Counted from the stretch's first letter, positions 1 through 9,125 are shown. The stretch is 32,000 bases of DNA from Candidatus Saccharimonadota bacterium (GCA_002952755.1 CP025011.1:540001-572000), one strand, 5' to 3'. A program made the numbers and translations. Notes: generated by a model from the letters alone, not told the origin.

Positions 1-149
1 GTTTGATGTGATCCATAGGCCTACATAAACGGAATATGTAGAAGTTGTGTACTTTTGGCTTGGGCAAAGAATCGAGTTATCCAACGTAGCGATGGCCTCT
101 GTTAGGAGGGAGCCGTAAGAGACAGTCTGTCGTGAATTGCTTTTTATTT

Positions 150-593
150 TTATACTTGCTGCTTGGCCAGTGCTGCAGTTTGGGCAACGACGCGCGCGTG
201 GACTTCCCGGGCAAAGGCTGCCTTGTCGGCTTTGGCCTTTTTGAGATCATCTAAGCGTTCCTCGGGGATCGGCACGGTGGCATGCTTTTCGCTCCAGAGA
301 ATAATTTCGATAAAAAGCGGAATGAGGTCGATAGTCATGTCGGTGAGAACGTAGATGTATTTCGTTTTGTTAGCAGGATCACGGAATTTTCGTACAAAAC
401 CTCTGTCTTCGAGCGTGGCGAGACGATTCGCGAGAATGTTCGTTGCGATCTTTTCATCCGAGGCCATAAAGTCGCCATATGATTTTTTATGTGCAAAGAG
501 CATGTCACGAATAATAAGCATGCTCCATCTATCGCCGGCGAGCTCAAGGAAGTAGTTGATTGGACAGTCTGACCGTAGATTGCATATATCCAT
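150..593 (-). CDS. HxlR-family winged-helix transcriptional regulator
   Basis: ORF 150..665 trimmed to the internal ATG at 593 (MDICNLRSDCPINYF...). It carries an HxlR-type signature: CPINYFLELAGDRWSMLIIRDM...YGDF...IATNILANRLATLEDRGFV. The 24 extra upstream codons lie in AT-rich promoter DNA. The gene is divergent from an MFS exporter. Confidence 0.8.
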   Translation of the reverse strand: MDICNLRSDCPINYFLELAGDRWSMLIIRDMLFAHKKSYGDFMASDEKIATNILANRLATLEDRGFVRKFRDPANKTKYIYVLTDMTIDLIPLFIEIILWSEKHATVPIPEERLDDLKKAKADKAAFAREVHARVVAQTAALAKQQV

Positions 594-611
594 ATAAACA
601 GTATAACAAAA

Positions 612-657
612 ACACTTGCAAAATAAAAGTGATATGATACACTTGTAAAGTAAAAGT
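612..657. promoter_or_regulatory. Imperfect 19-bp direct repeat in the divergent HxlR/MFS promoter region (candidate operator)
   Basis: ACACTTGCAAAATAAAAGT (612-630) and ACACTTGTAAAGTAAAAGT (639-657) match at 17/19 positions with a 27-bp period. The second copy supplies a TTGTAA box (644-649) 18 nt upstream of TATAAA (668-673), facing the MFS gene. Confidence 0.4.
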
Positions 658-712
658 AATAACAATTTATAAAAGCCTGCAAGAAAAAGAATAGGCGAGA
701 GGTACTAATGCG

Positions 713-2182
713 ATGAGTTCGCTCCAAAAGAAAATAATATTACTGGTAGCATGCCTGACTAATTTTATGGTTGTGCTGGATATCGCCATCGTAAACGTCG
801 CACTGCCAACTATGAAACTCGACCTTCACTTAAGCCAGAGCGTACTGCAGTGGATCGTCATCGCCTATGGACTACTGCTCGGTGGTTTTTTGCTGCTCGG
901 TGGCCGGCTGGGCGACTTGCTTGGTAAGCGCCGGGTGCTACTCACTGGCTTGGGTTTCTTTACGATTGCTTCGCTCGTGGCTGGTTTGTCGCACTCTATC
1001 CAGCTTCTGTTGATTTCTCGCGGCGTGCAGGGTTTTGGGGCGGCTCTAATGGCCCCTTCGGCTCTATCAATCATCGCTTCCACCTTTACTGAAGGGGCGG
1101 AGCGCAATGCCGCTTTAGGTATCTTTGGAGCTGTAGGTGGGACCTCGGCCTCTGTAGGAGTTATTGCCAGCGGTCTGCTTACGGACGGCCCTGGATGGCG
1201 TTGGATCTTTTTTATGAATGTACCAATTGGCATATTACTAACTGCCATGGCCATAAAGTTCTTGCCAAAAGATCAGCGCATGACGCAACCCCGACGGTTT
1301 GATGCGCTTGGGGCAACCACGGTTACCTCGGCCCTGCTGCTGCTTGTATATGCCTTGAACAAGGGTGCGGACTTTGGATGGACCTCACATTCGACCCTTT
1401 GGCTGTTCGGCGGCAGCCTTGCGCTGCTCGGCCTATTCGCCTGGGTTGAGTCTCGGTCGAAGTCGCCGCTGCTGCCTGGAAATGTCTTTAAGAATCGCGA
1501 CATGGTAGCGGCAGATGTAAGTGCATTGCTCATCTTTGGCGCATTCTTCGCCTTCATTTTTATCGGTAGCCTGCTTATGCAGCAAGGATTTGGGTACAGC
1601 CCGGTCAAGACAGGTGTATCCTGGCTGGCGACATCTATTATAGCCTTTATAGTCGCCGGACTGACGGGTACTAAGCTGATTGCTGCATTCGGTGTCCGCA
1701 AGCTGTTACTTAGTGGTATCTTTTTGCTCGTCGTGGCGATGAGCCTGCTTGCCAGAATACCGGTGAGCGCGAGCTATCTTAAGGATGTTTTCCCCGCGTT
1801 CGTTCTGGCTGGCATTACTATCGGTTTGGTCGCTCCTTCGCTACAAATTTCGGCCATGACCAAAGCTAAAGATTCTGAGACAGGCCTGGCAGCGGGATTG
1901 GTGGAAATGATGCGCGAGATTGGTGGAGCTATGGCGATCGCAGGTGTATCAACCATCCTAGCTACGCATATAAAAACGGCTGCTATGATAGCTAATCCCA
2001 GCTTGCGCCAAGCTGCCGTATTGCACGGCTTTCGCCTGGCATTTGTACTGATCGCTATCGTTGCTGCGGTTGGTTTCGTCGTTGCTGCTATAGCTTTCCC
2101 GAAGAGTATTGAGCACGATGTAGAGGCAATGCCTGAAGGCAATCGTCGGGAGGCTATTGCTGTTGGCGAGGCCGAGATTTAG
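713..2182 (+). CDS. MFS transporter, DHA2 (EmrB/QacA-like, 14-TMS type) drug:H+ antiporter
   Basis: 489 aa and hydrophobic throughout, with about 14 spans. MFS motif-A-like GRLGDLLGKRRVLL follows TM2. A GAGAGG SD-like element lies about 10 nt upstream of ATG 713. Confidence 0.85.
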   Translation: MSSLQKKIILLVACLTNFMVVLDIAIVNVALPTMKLDLHLSQSVLQWIVIAYGLLLGGFLLLGGRLGDLLGKRRVLLTGLGFFTIASLVAGLSHSIQLLLISRGVQGFGAALMAPSALSIIASTFTEGAERNAALGIFGAVGGTSASVGVIASGLLTDGPGWRWIFFMNVPIGILLTAMAIKFLPKDQRMTQPRRFDALGATTVTSALLLLVYALNKGADFGWTSHSTLWLFGGSLALLGLFAWVESRSKSPLLPGNVFKNRDMVAADVSALLIFGAFFAFIFIGSLLMQQGFGYSPVKTGVSWLATSIIAFIVAGLTGTKLIAAFGVRKLLLSGIFLLVVAMSLLARIPVSASYLKDVFPAFVLAGITIGLVAPSLQISAMTKAKDSETGLAAGLVEMMREIGGAMAIAGVSTILATHIKTAAMIANPSLRQAAVLHGFRLAFVLIAIVAAVGFVVAAIAFPKSIEHDVEAMPEGNRREAIAVGEAEI

Positions 2183-2203
2183 CTAGCGGTCCACAGTAAC
2201 TAT

Positions 2204-2233
2204 CTACCACCCGAACGCTTTGCCGGGTGGTAG
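2204..2233. terminator. Stem-loop between convergent genes (likely bidirectional terminator)
   Basis: Perfect 10-bp inverted repeat CTACCACCCG (2204-2213) / CGGGTGGTAG (2224-2233) with a 10-nt loop. It sits 22 nt after the MFS stop and 10 nt after the HAD gene stop. A short T-run (ATTT) follows on the + strand. Confidence 0.55.
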
Positions 2234-2242
2234 ATTTGACTA

Positions 2243-2830
2243 TTAGGAGGTAGTCAGCAGTTTGACAACTGCCGGCCAGTCTTTGACTCGTTCAATAAGT
2301 GCAGGTAGGTCGGATGAAGTGTTCCATGGGTAATCTCCGAAAAGCAGCACGCGGATGCCGCAATCTGCGACTACCTTGGCATGGTGCAAATGATCATCAA
2401 TAAGCAAATCTACCTGTAGTGCCTGACACACTTCGGATTTAGAGCGTGGTTTGTCGCTGAAGAAATTAGTGTATTGCACAGACTGAAAGAGGTCCGGGAA
2501 GTATTGGTCCAGCATTTTTTCAGTAGCTGTTGCCAGAAAATCGCGTCGTCCGGTAATGATATGCAGATCGTGCTGCTTGCTAAGTGTTCGTAAGGCATCA
2601 ATCGCTTCGACGAATGGAAGGGCCGACTGATATTCGTCGCTCATCAGGTACTCGTCCACGCGCGCAACGGCGGTTGCATCGTCGTCCACACCCCACACCT
2701 TCAGGTCATATGAGTAGAGATTCTTGAGTTCAACTGACGTCCCGTAGGTTTTATTGTAGTGATCAACGATGAGTGATGCGGTAGGCACGATCACGTCGTC
2801 GCAGTCTACTGCTATGGTTAATTTTTGCAT
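2243..2830 (-). CDS. HAD-superfamily hydrolase, 5'(3')-deoxyribonucleotidase (NT5C)-like
   Basis: N-terminal HAD motif I is DCDDV (IAVDCDDVIV). The C-terminal LLIDDHLHH...LLFGDYPWN is typical of NT5C-type nucleotidases. 195 aa. Confidence 0.7.
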   Translation of the reverse strand: MQKLTIAVDCDDVIVPTASLIVDHYNKTYGTSVELKNLYSYDLKVWGVDDDATAVARVDEYLMSDEYQSALPFVEAIDALRTLSKQHDLHIITGRRDFLATATEKMLDQYFPDLFQSVQYTNFFSDKPRSKSEVCQALQVDLLIDDHLHHAKVVADCGIRVLLFGDYPWNTSSDLPALIERVKDWPAVVKLLTTS

Positions 2831-2967
2831 AGCAGTATCGTAACAAAATAAAAAGCTTGCCGGAAGCGATGAACGGCTATTATATTTGTTTCTGCAAAAA
2901 CAACACCTTAGGCTCTATGCACGCATGTTGGGCGCTGTCATCGATTATGCCCTAGGTAGAAGCGGAT

Positions 2968-4098
2968 CTACGCAATTGCGGCAGCGACGGCTTCTGCAAG
3001 TCCGGGTGTAAAAGCACCAGGGATGATTTCGTCGGCGGTGGGGGAGGGAACGAGGTGGGCCAGCGCTTCAGCAGCAGCAACCTTGTGCGCATCGGTAATG
3101 GTTGTCACGTGATTATCGAGCGCACCACGAAAAATACCAGGGAAGGCCAGCGAATTATTGATTTGATTGGGGAAATCGCTGCGCCCGGTGGCAACGACTG
3201 CTGCCCCGGCGGCGTGGGCTTGGTCGGGCATAATCTCGGGCGTTGGGTTGGACATGGCGAAGATAATTGGCTGTGGCGACATGGTTTTAACCATCTCGGC
3301 CGTCAGCAGGCCAGGTTGCGATACACCAATAAAGATATCTGCGCCGCGTACCGCATCCGCCAGACTGCCCGAACGTGCGTGCGTATTGAACGTCAATAGT
3401 TTTTGCTTTTCTGAGTTTAAGTCAGTCCGGTCGGCGCTAATGATACCCTTGCTATCAACGGCCACAATATCGGCACCAGCATATAAGTGAATCAGCTTTG
3501 CAATCGCGACGCCTGCCGCACCTGCGCCAACGAGCACAATCTTGCAAGCGGCAAGTGACCGGCCGGTCACTTTGGCAGCATTTATAAGTCCGGCTAAAAC
3601 TACAACAGCCGTGCCATGCTGATCATCATGCATAACGGGGATAGACAATTCCGCCTTAAGACGTTCTTCGACCTCAAAACAGATCGGGGCAGCGATGTCT
3701 TCCAGGTTGATGCCGCCAAAGCTTGGCGCGATTGCCTTAACGGCCGCTACGATCTCATCGGCGGAATGCACGTTAAGCACAATGGGCACAGCGTCGATAT
3801 TGGCGAAGTGTTTAAATAGCATTGCTTTGCCTTCCATCACCGGCAGTGCGCCGTAAGGCCCGATGTTTCCCAGTCCCAAAACGGCCGAGCCATCGCTTAC
3901 CACAGCTACGTTATTATTGAGCCAGGTATAATTGCCCGCCTCGGCTGGGTGTTCGGCGACATAGCTACTCACTGCCGCGACCCCTGGCGTGTAGTACATG
4001 CTCAATTTTTCGCGACTGTCGGGTGTGTCTTTGAGCGTAATACTGATCTTACCCTTTAGCTCTTTGTGCTTTTCCAGTGCCAGTTTTGCATAGTCCAT
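2968..4098 (-). CDS. NAD(P)-dependent malic enzyme (short, about 376-aa bacterial type)
   Basis: ORF 2968..4191 trimmed to ATG 4098 (MDYAKLALEKHKELKGKISI). Motifs read: YTPGVA, GLGNIGPYGALPVMEGKAMLFK, FGGINLEDI and the Rossmann segment VLVGAGAAGVAIAKL. Confidence 0.85.
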   Translation of the reverse strand: MDYAKLALEKHKELKGKISITLKDTPDSREKLSMYYTPGVAAVSSYVAEHPAEAGNYTWLNNNVAVVSDGSAVLGLGNIGPYGALPVMEGKAMLFKHFANIDAVPIVLNVHSADEIVAAVKAIAPSFGGINLEDIAAPICFEVEERLKAELSIPVMHDDQHGTAVVVLAGLINAAKVTGRSLAACKIVLVGAGAAGVAIAKLIHLYAGADIVAVDSKGIISADRTDLNSEKQKLLTFNTHARSGSLADAVRGADIFIGVSQPGLLTAEMVKTMSPQPIIFAMSNPTPEIMPDQAHAAGAAVVATGRSDFPNQINNSLAFPGIFRGALDNHVTTITDAHKVAAAEALAHLVPSPTADEIIPGAFTPGLAEAVAAAIA

Positions 4099-4236
4099 AT
4101 GCTTATTGTAGCTTACGACACAAACCAAATCATGATAGAAATGTAACTTAAGAAAGTGAAATCGGCTGGAAATCGCGATGCTGGTATGCAAAAATATTAG
4201 CTTGTATCTCTCAAGATCAGCAGATTCTAATGTGTC

Positions 4237-4884
4237 TTAGGGTGTTGTGGCCAGGGCTTCGTTGAGTAAGGTGACGACCGGCGTAAAGTGGTCTTCCTCG
4301 TCGAGTATGCCAAACGTGCGGTGGCTTAGCTCACGTTGCAGCACTGGGAGACCACGGTCACTAGTAACTAGCTCGTGCTGGAAGGTATAGGCGTTTATGC
4401 CAGTCTTATCCAATCCTGGGATATCGTCAAGCTCGACTATATCTAGGACGCTCTCACTGGTAAAGGGACGCATATTGACATCCGCTACTTCTACTCCATC
4501 GCGATTTAAGAAAATTACATCGCGTTCGCAGTTCGCGGCAAGCCACGCCCGCTCTCTTAGGTATTGATCTACGCTGGTTACGCCGGAAACGGTTCGTTCT
4601 ACGGCTTGATCTATAAGCGTAAATTCAGTATAGCTATTATCAATCGCTAACGCCCTCAAGAAGACTGGCTCATTCCAGGGAGATGATATATAGGGAGTGC
4701 TAGGATGCATATATAGGTCGTGCAGAACTGTCTGTGCCTCTCTGAGCGTTATCTCGTTCATAGCAGCCGCGCCGATGAGTTTTGTTGTTACATATTCCAA
4801 TTCGGATTGTATAGTCGCAGGTTCGCCGACGAGGGCAAACAGGGGTGTATCCATATCTGGTGGCAGGAATTCAGCGATAGGCAT
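4237..4884 (-). CDS. Hypothetical protein (215 aa, no recognisable motif)
   Basis: Long uninterrupted ORF with protein-like, acidic composition. I recognise no family signature. Confidence 0.55.
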   Translation of the reverse strand: MPIAEFLPPDMDTPLFALVGEPATIQSELEYVTTKLIGAAAMNEITLREAQTVLHDLYMHPSTPYISSPWNEPVFLRALAIDNSYTEFTLIDQAVERTVSGVTSVDQYLRERAWLAANCERDVIFLNRDGVEVADVNMRPFTSESVLDIVELDDIPGLDKTGINAYTFQHELVTSDRGLPVLQRELSHRTFGILDEEDHFTPVVTLLNEALATTP

Positions 4885-4955
4885 TTATTTATCGTAGCAC
4901 GATTACTGTTATTAGCTATTTAGAGAAGCAGGCGCGAGCAGCCCTTGAAGTAGAC

Positions 4956-4976
4956 ATATATCTAAGTTAGATATAT
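4956..4976. promoter_or_regulatory. 21-bp perfect palindrome, candidate PadR operator
   Basis: ATATATCTAA-G-TTAGATATAT: two 10-bp perfect arms with a 1-nt centre, ending 9 nt upstream of the PadR ATG (4986). Confidence 0.5.
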
Positions 4977-4985
4977 AATACGAGC

Positions 4986-5327
4986 ATGAAGAAGCAGTAT
5001 AACCAATTGCCGCAAGTCGCGTTTAGCATATTACTCGCCTTAAGTCTGAAAGAGCGCCACGGATACGAGATTATTAAGCAGGTCTTAGAGGATAGCAATG
5101 GCAAGATACGCCTGAGTCCGGGGGCGCTTTATACTAGCATCAAGCAATTGTTGGAGCAGGAACTCATTAAGGAAGTGTACCGGGAAGATGATAGCCGCAG
5201 GCGGTACTACCAACTTTCAGCCAAGGGCAAAGCCATACTGAGTGCTGAGTTGGACTACTACCAGAACACCATCGCTCTTGCCAGGCAGCGCCAACTATTG
5301 GAGATCGGATATGGATTCTCCTGTTAA
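4986..5327 (+). CDS. PadR-family transcriptional regulator
   Basis: 113 aa. PadR winged-helix signature: LKERHGYEIIKQVLEDSNGKIRLSPGALYTSIKQLLEQELI...RRRYYQLSAKG. Confidence 0.85.
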   Translation: MKKQYNQLPQVAFSILLALSLKERHGYEIIKQVLEDSNGKIRLSPGALYTSIKQLLEQELIKEVYREDDSRRRYYQLSAKGKAILSAELDYYQNTIALARQRQLLEIGYGFSC

Positions 5328-5931
5328 AACCAGATCAACAGGCTTGTATCGTGCTGCCCTTCATCTCTACCCGCGTGCGTTCCGCGGGCACTATGGACCA
5401 GCAATGGAGCAGACGTTCGACGATCTGCTTGCAGGCGAACCTTCGCCGGTCAAACGTATGGGCATATGGGTACGCGCGCTGCTGGATACCCCGGTGAGCG
5501 CCACAAGGGAGCATATACATAGCAAAGGAGTATATATGACACGCACAGCTAAACTTTTAACGCTATCTGCGAGTATGGCCATCTTAGTAGTAGGCATCGG
5601 TTCGTATTGGTTTGGCAACCTACACGCCAGAGAAAACGTGGGCATAGAACGAGTGAATGTCATGCAATTGGCAGACGCTATGCAGCACGACAGTTTTTAT
5701 AGTAATTACGGCGACGCTGCTCTGTTGTTTGACGACAAGATTTCCACTGTTACCCATAAGGATAATGCAACTCTGGTTACCTTTGTTACAAATCGTCCGT
5801 ACACGGTCAGTTGCCAATTTCCTGGCACCCTACCGCTACAAAATGGCCAGACAGTATCGGTAGCCGCCCCGGGCGGCAGCGCCGACCGCCTAAAGGCCGG
5901 CGTACTTTTGCATAATTGTTTGCAGAATTAG
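5311..5931 (+). CDS. PadR-associated single-pass membrane protein
   Basis: ORF 5242..5931 trimmed to ATG 5311, which overlaps the PadR 3' end by 17 nt. The N-terminal LYRAALHLYPRAFRGHYGPAMEQTFDDLL resembles the prefix domain commonly encoded after PadR genes. One TM segment (LLTLSASMAILVVGIGSYWF) precedes an extracytoplasmic domain of about 120 aa. Confidence 0.65.
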   Translation: MDSPVKTRSTGLYRAALHLYPRAFRGHYGPAMEQTFDDLLAGEPSPVKRMGIWVRALLDTPVSATREHIHSKGVYMTRTAKLLTLSASMAILVVGIGSYWFGNLHARENVGIERVNVMQLADAMQHDSFYSNYGDAALLFDDKISTVTHKDNATLVTFVTNRPYTVSCQFPGTLPLQNGQTVSVAAPGGSADRLKAGVLLHNCLQN

Positions 5932-5973
5932 CAGGTTCTCTAGATGATATTCGTAATAGGCGAATGATACGTG

Positions 5974-6558
5974 TTAAGAATCAGCTACGGTTTTGGTGAT
6001 ATCGAGAAGTTCCCCAGCGAGGTATTGTAATGCGTCAAAGTAGCGTCGGGGGTCATCAGGAACCGCCAATATTCTCTCATATGGCATAGAAGAGGTTAGG
6101 CTTCCGCTCCTGTAATCCAATGAATGTACGCTTGGCGACCGAAGGTGCTCGCCTGGCTGTAACAATTCATCGATGACGGGGTCGCTCGGAATCAGTATAT
6201 GACATTCTGGGTGCATATCATCTTGTTCTTTCCTATCGGTCCCCACCCAGACAAAATCATGAAACGGGCTAGTCTGTGCCCATACTACCCGTTTTCCAGC
6301 GGTTTGTGCGGGGTTTGGCGGATTAACCTGCCTTTGGCTAGCGCTAGGTTGCTTCAGCTTGACTGGCTCCTGAAAGTAATCACCTATTAAGGTAGAGACG
6401 GCGCTAGCGACCCCTCTAAGTCTCTCGCTCAATAGTCCTGTGTCGGCTGCCGGGGGTAGGCCCTCATCGTGCGTACGGGCTAGTACTAGGCGGGCCAGCT
6501 CTTTAGGCGTAGGCGCTAAAACGTCGCTCGTTATGCCGAATTCGCTTGAAATACTCAT
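5974..6558 (-). CDS. Hypothetical protein (194 aa)
   Basis: ORF 5974..6615 trimmed to ATG 6558, which has AGGGGG 6 nt upstream on the coding strand. No recognisable motif. Confidence 0.5.
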   Translation of the reverse strand: MSISSEFGITSDVLAPTPKELARLVLARTHDEGLPPAADTGLLSERLRGVASAVSTLIGDYFQEPVKLKQPSASQRQVNPPNPAQTAGKRVVWAQTSPFHDFVWVGTDRKEQDDMHPECHILIPSDPVIDELLQPGEHLRSPSVHSLDYRSGSLTSSMPYERILAVPDDPRRYFDALQYLAGELLDITKTVADS

Positions 6559-6631
6559 ATACACCCCCTGTTTGACACGGTTAATTAAGCTTAAGCTTTG
6601 TATACTAGCAGCCAACAGGTTTTTTGTAAAA

Positions 6632-7621
6632 CTAGCGGATGTCAGTGTGTATGCGGTCTTTGTCTACCGAGTATTGTCTCGCTGCCTTAATAAAGCCTTC
6701 AACGGCCTTTCGGGTGGGTAACTCGCTCCGGGATATCTTTAATGCGCTGGTTGCACCTGCAAACCGCATACTGTCTTCGATCGACATCCCCTCGTCATGG
6801 GCTAATACATAACCAGCGTTATAGCTATCGCCTGCCGCAATAGTATTAATTGCGTGTACCTGGTAAGCGGGGATGGTTATAATCTTGCCATCTATTATTG
6901 TGTGAGCGCCATACCTGCCGTCTTTGACAATTACTTGGGCGTTGGTTTTGCTTGCAAGCTCTCCTAAGCCTTCCTCGATCGACGACACCGACCAGAGCGT
7001 CAACTCTCCAGTGCTTGGAAAGTAGTAGTCTGCCTCGACCACAATCTCTTTGACGAGTCCGACCTCTTCCTGGGTGACACCTTCTACTATTCGTCCATGG
7101 TCGACAACGATTTTGGTGTCTGAATCTTTGGCGGCGGCTACAATCGACCCAAGCACGGGTAGTAGTTTCTTTAGTTTAAATAGGCTGCCGAGCATCAGAT
7201 ACTTGGTTTCGGGCAATAGCGGGCTTATTTTTGCCTCGACTTCTTCACCTGTTAGGCGCTGCTTTGCATTACCGCCTACTGCCATAATGGTTTGACCAAC
7301 ACTATTTACGAAATTAACACTTATATTCGTTTTTGCCGCAGGATCGACAATAAGTTCTGAGCGGATTTTGGACTCTTCTAATAAACTGGTAATGTTCGAG
7401 CCCATTCGGTCTAGCCCGATCTTTCCAACAAATGCTGTCCTGAAACCCATCTGTGCACAGATGAGCGCAGAGGTAAGCGCGGAACCTCCGGGCGCTTCCC
7501 CGTAGAGGTCGCCAACAATTTCGGTTTCCGGCAAGAGCCCCAGTTCACCAAAAGGGAAATCGATAAAGTTTAAGTCAAAATAAGCGGCACCTACCCCTAG
7601 GACATCGATGGATTTAGTCAT
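6632..7621 (-). CDS. PfkB-family carbohydrate/nucleoside kinase (ribokinase fold)
   Basis: ORF 6632..7759 trimmed to ATG 7621 (MTKSIDVLGVGAAYFDL). PfkB features: N-terminal GxGxxxxD-type strand, GGSALTSA, and the C-terminal anion-hole motif NTIAAGDSYNAGYV. Confidence 0.8.
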   Translation of the reverse strand: MTKSIDVLGVGAAYFDLNFIDFPFGELGLLPETEIVGDLYGEAPGGSALTSALICAQMGFRTAFVGKIGLDRMGSNITSLLEESKIRSELIVDPAAKTNISVNFVNSVGQTIMAVGGNAKQRLTGEEVEAKISPLLPETKYLMLGSLFKLKKLLPVLGSIVAAAKDSDTKIVVDHGRIVEGVTQEEVGLVKEIVVEADYYFPSTGELTLWSVSSIEEGLGELASKTNAQVIVKDGRYGAHTIIDGKIITIPAYQVHAINTIAAGDSYNAGYVLAHDEGMSIEDSMRFAGATSALKISRSELPTRKAVEGFIKAARQYSVDKDRIHTDIR

Positions 7622-7691
7622 ACTGTGATAGTAGCATACTGGATTTTGGCCGAGACGTAGCCGGGCTGCTACAAGCCCTATGGAGGCATGT

Positions 7692-9005
7692 TTATTTAGA
7701 ACTGGTTTCTGCTGTCGTAAATTGTTCGCGCAGCCATTCGTCGAGGCTGTTATGGCCACTAGCAGTCATGGCTACAACGAGGTCGCCGCGCGCCAAATGG
7801 TCTTTAATGTGCGCCAGCAGCTGCTTGTCGATAGCAGCTGGTTCGGCAATGGAAGGGTCGCTGAGATGTTGGATGAGTTCGGCCGGAGCGAGCATCGGCA
7901 AGTTGGGGTCTTCGCGCGCCAGATACGACGGCACCCAGTAGACTTTCTTGGCGCCTTTGAAACAGTCTCTGTACTCGTCTTTTATATAATGCTGCCGGCG
8001 ATTGGTAAGCGGCTCGTAAATAACTACCAACTCCTGGTTATTTTTTTTAGCGATCTCGAGCGCTGTGCTCATGCCGCCTCTAATCTTTTCGGGTGTATGC
8101 GCGTAGTTAGTGTAAAGATTTGGCGCAAGCAGTTCCATACGCTGCTTAAGCCCCGGGAATCTATCCATGATGGGCTGGAGCGTAGCGAGCGGGATCTCGG
8201 TTATACGAGCTACGGTATGCATTGCCAGCCAGGCGTCCTCACGGTTAAAGCGTCCAGGCATAGCCAGCGTATCGATTGTTGGATCGGTACCATCTAGCAC
8301 AGTAATCTGCTCGTTAACAGTGAGCTGTACCCTATCAAGATCACTCTGCCAGATGAGGGTGTGCTGGCTTTGAGCAATAAAGTCACGGAAAGCTTGATTG
8401 TAATTATCGAGCGTAGGAAAGATCTCGTGATGGTCCCAGCTTAAGCCGGTAATACCACTTAGGTAGGGTTTGAATGACAAGAAATTGCGGTCAAATTCAT
8501 CGCACTCATATATAAAATATTTGCTTTCAGGGTCGAATAAGCTTAAGTCGCCAAAGCTCACTTTTGCGCCCAGTGAGTAGCTGACAGGCAAGCTGAGTTC
8601 TTTAAACAGCCAGACGACCATAGCGGTAGTAGTGCTTTTGCCGTGTGTCCCGGCCAGCGCAACGAGCTTCTGGTTCTTTTTATCTAACAGCATGTTGAGG
8701 AATTCATCCCGCTTCGAGGTTCGGATGCCGTGCTCCTCGCAGAAGCGGATCTCTTCTGGCTTTGCTTGCCCCATGCTTACTGCAGAACTGTACACAAACC
8801 AGTCAATGGGGTGTGCGGCATGAACTTTGGCAATATGGTCATAGCTTTGGTCGATTGCGATATCGCGCACGTTATTTTTGCGTAGGTAGTCGATATAGGC
8901 ACTTTCTTGCATGTCTGAGCCCGATACTTCAAAATCAGCTTGCACTCCAAGCAGCGCAAACGAGCTAATACCTGCTCCCCCAATGCCTGAAAAATAGATA
9001 TGCAT
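7692..9005 (-). CDS. murC: Mur ligase family protein, MurC-like (UDP-N-acetylmuramate--L-alanine ligase)
   Basis: ORF trimmed to ATG 9005 (MHIYFSGIGGAGISSFALL...VSGSD). Other motifs: P-loop GTHGKSTTTAMV, ECDEFDRNFL (MurC E-x-DE-x-D-x-SFL-like) and NYAHTPEKI (DYAHHPTEI-like). 437 aa, similar to Gram-positive MurC. Mpl cannot be excluded. Confidence 0.7.
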   Translation of the reverse strand: MHIYFSGIGGAGISSFALLGVQADFEVSGSDMQESAYIDYLRKNNVRDIAIDQSYDHIAKVHAAHPIDWFVYSSAVSMGQAKPEEIRFCEEHGIRTSKRDEFLNMLLDKKNQKLVALAGTHGKSTTTAMVVWLFKELSLPVSYSLGAKVSFGDLSLFDPESKYFIYECDEFDRNFLSFKPYLSGITGLSWDHHEIFPTLDNYNQAFRDFIAQSQHTLIWQSDLDRVQLTVNEQITVLDGTDPTIDTLAMPGRFNREDAWLAMHTVARITEIPLATLQPIMDRFPGLKQRMELLAPNLYTNYAHTPEKIRGGMSTALEIAKKNNQELVVIYEPLTNRRQHYIKDEYRDCFKGAKKVYWVPSYLAREDPNLPMLAPAELIQHLSDPSIAEPAAIDKQLLAHIKDHLARGDLVVAMTASGHNSLDEWLREQFTTAETSSK

Positions 9006-9125
9006 GCTCGCCCTCTTTTCGAACTCTATATAACAAGTATTATAGCACATAGGCTGAAAAGAGTTTGAACGCGTGGCAATTGCGATAGCGAAGATGTACC
9101 GCCGCGAGGTATGCTGGTTATCATA

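Noticed and set aside
2968-4191. Long N-terminal extensions in the ORF track. Examples are 2968..4191, 150..665, 6632..7759, 7692..9050, 14434..15072, 14918..15292, 17377..17901, 5242..5931 and 5974..6615.
   Set aside because: The extra residues are Cys/Phe/Ile-rich, low-complexity translations of AT-rich promoter DNA. Internal ATGs give N termini that match the family consensus and often have an SD. The extensions would also overlap the neighbouring gene or its promoter.
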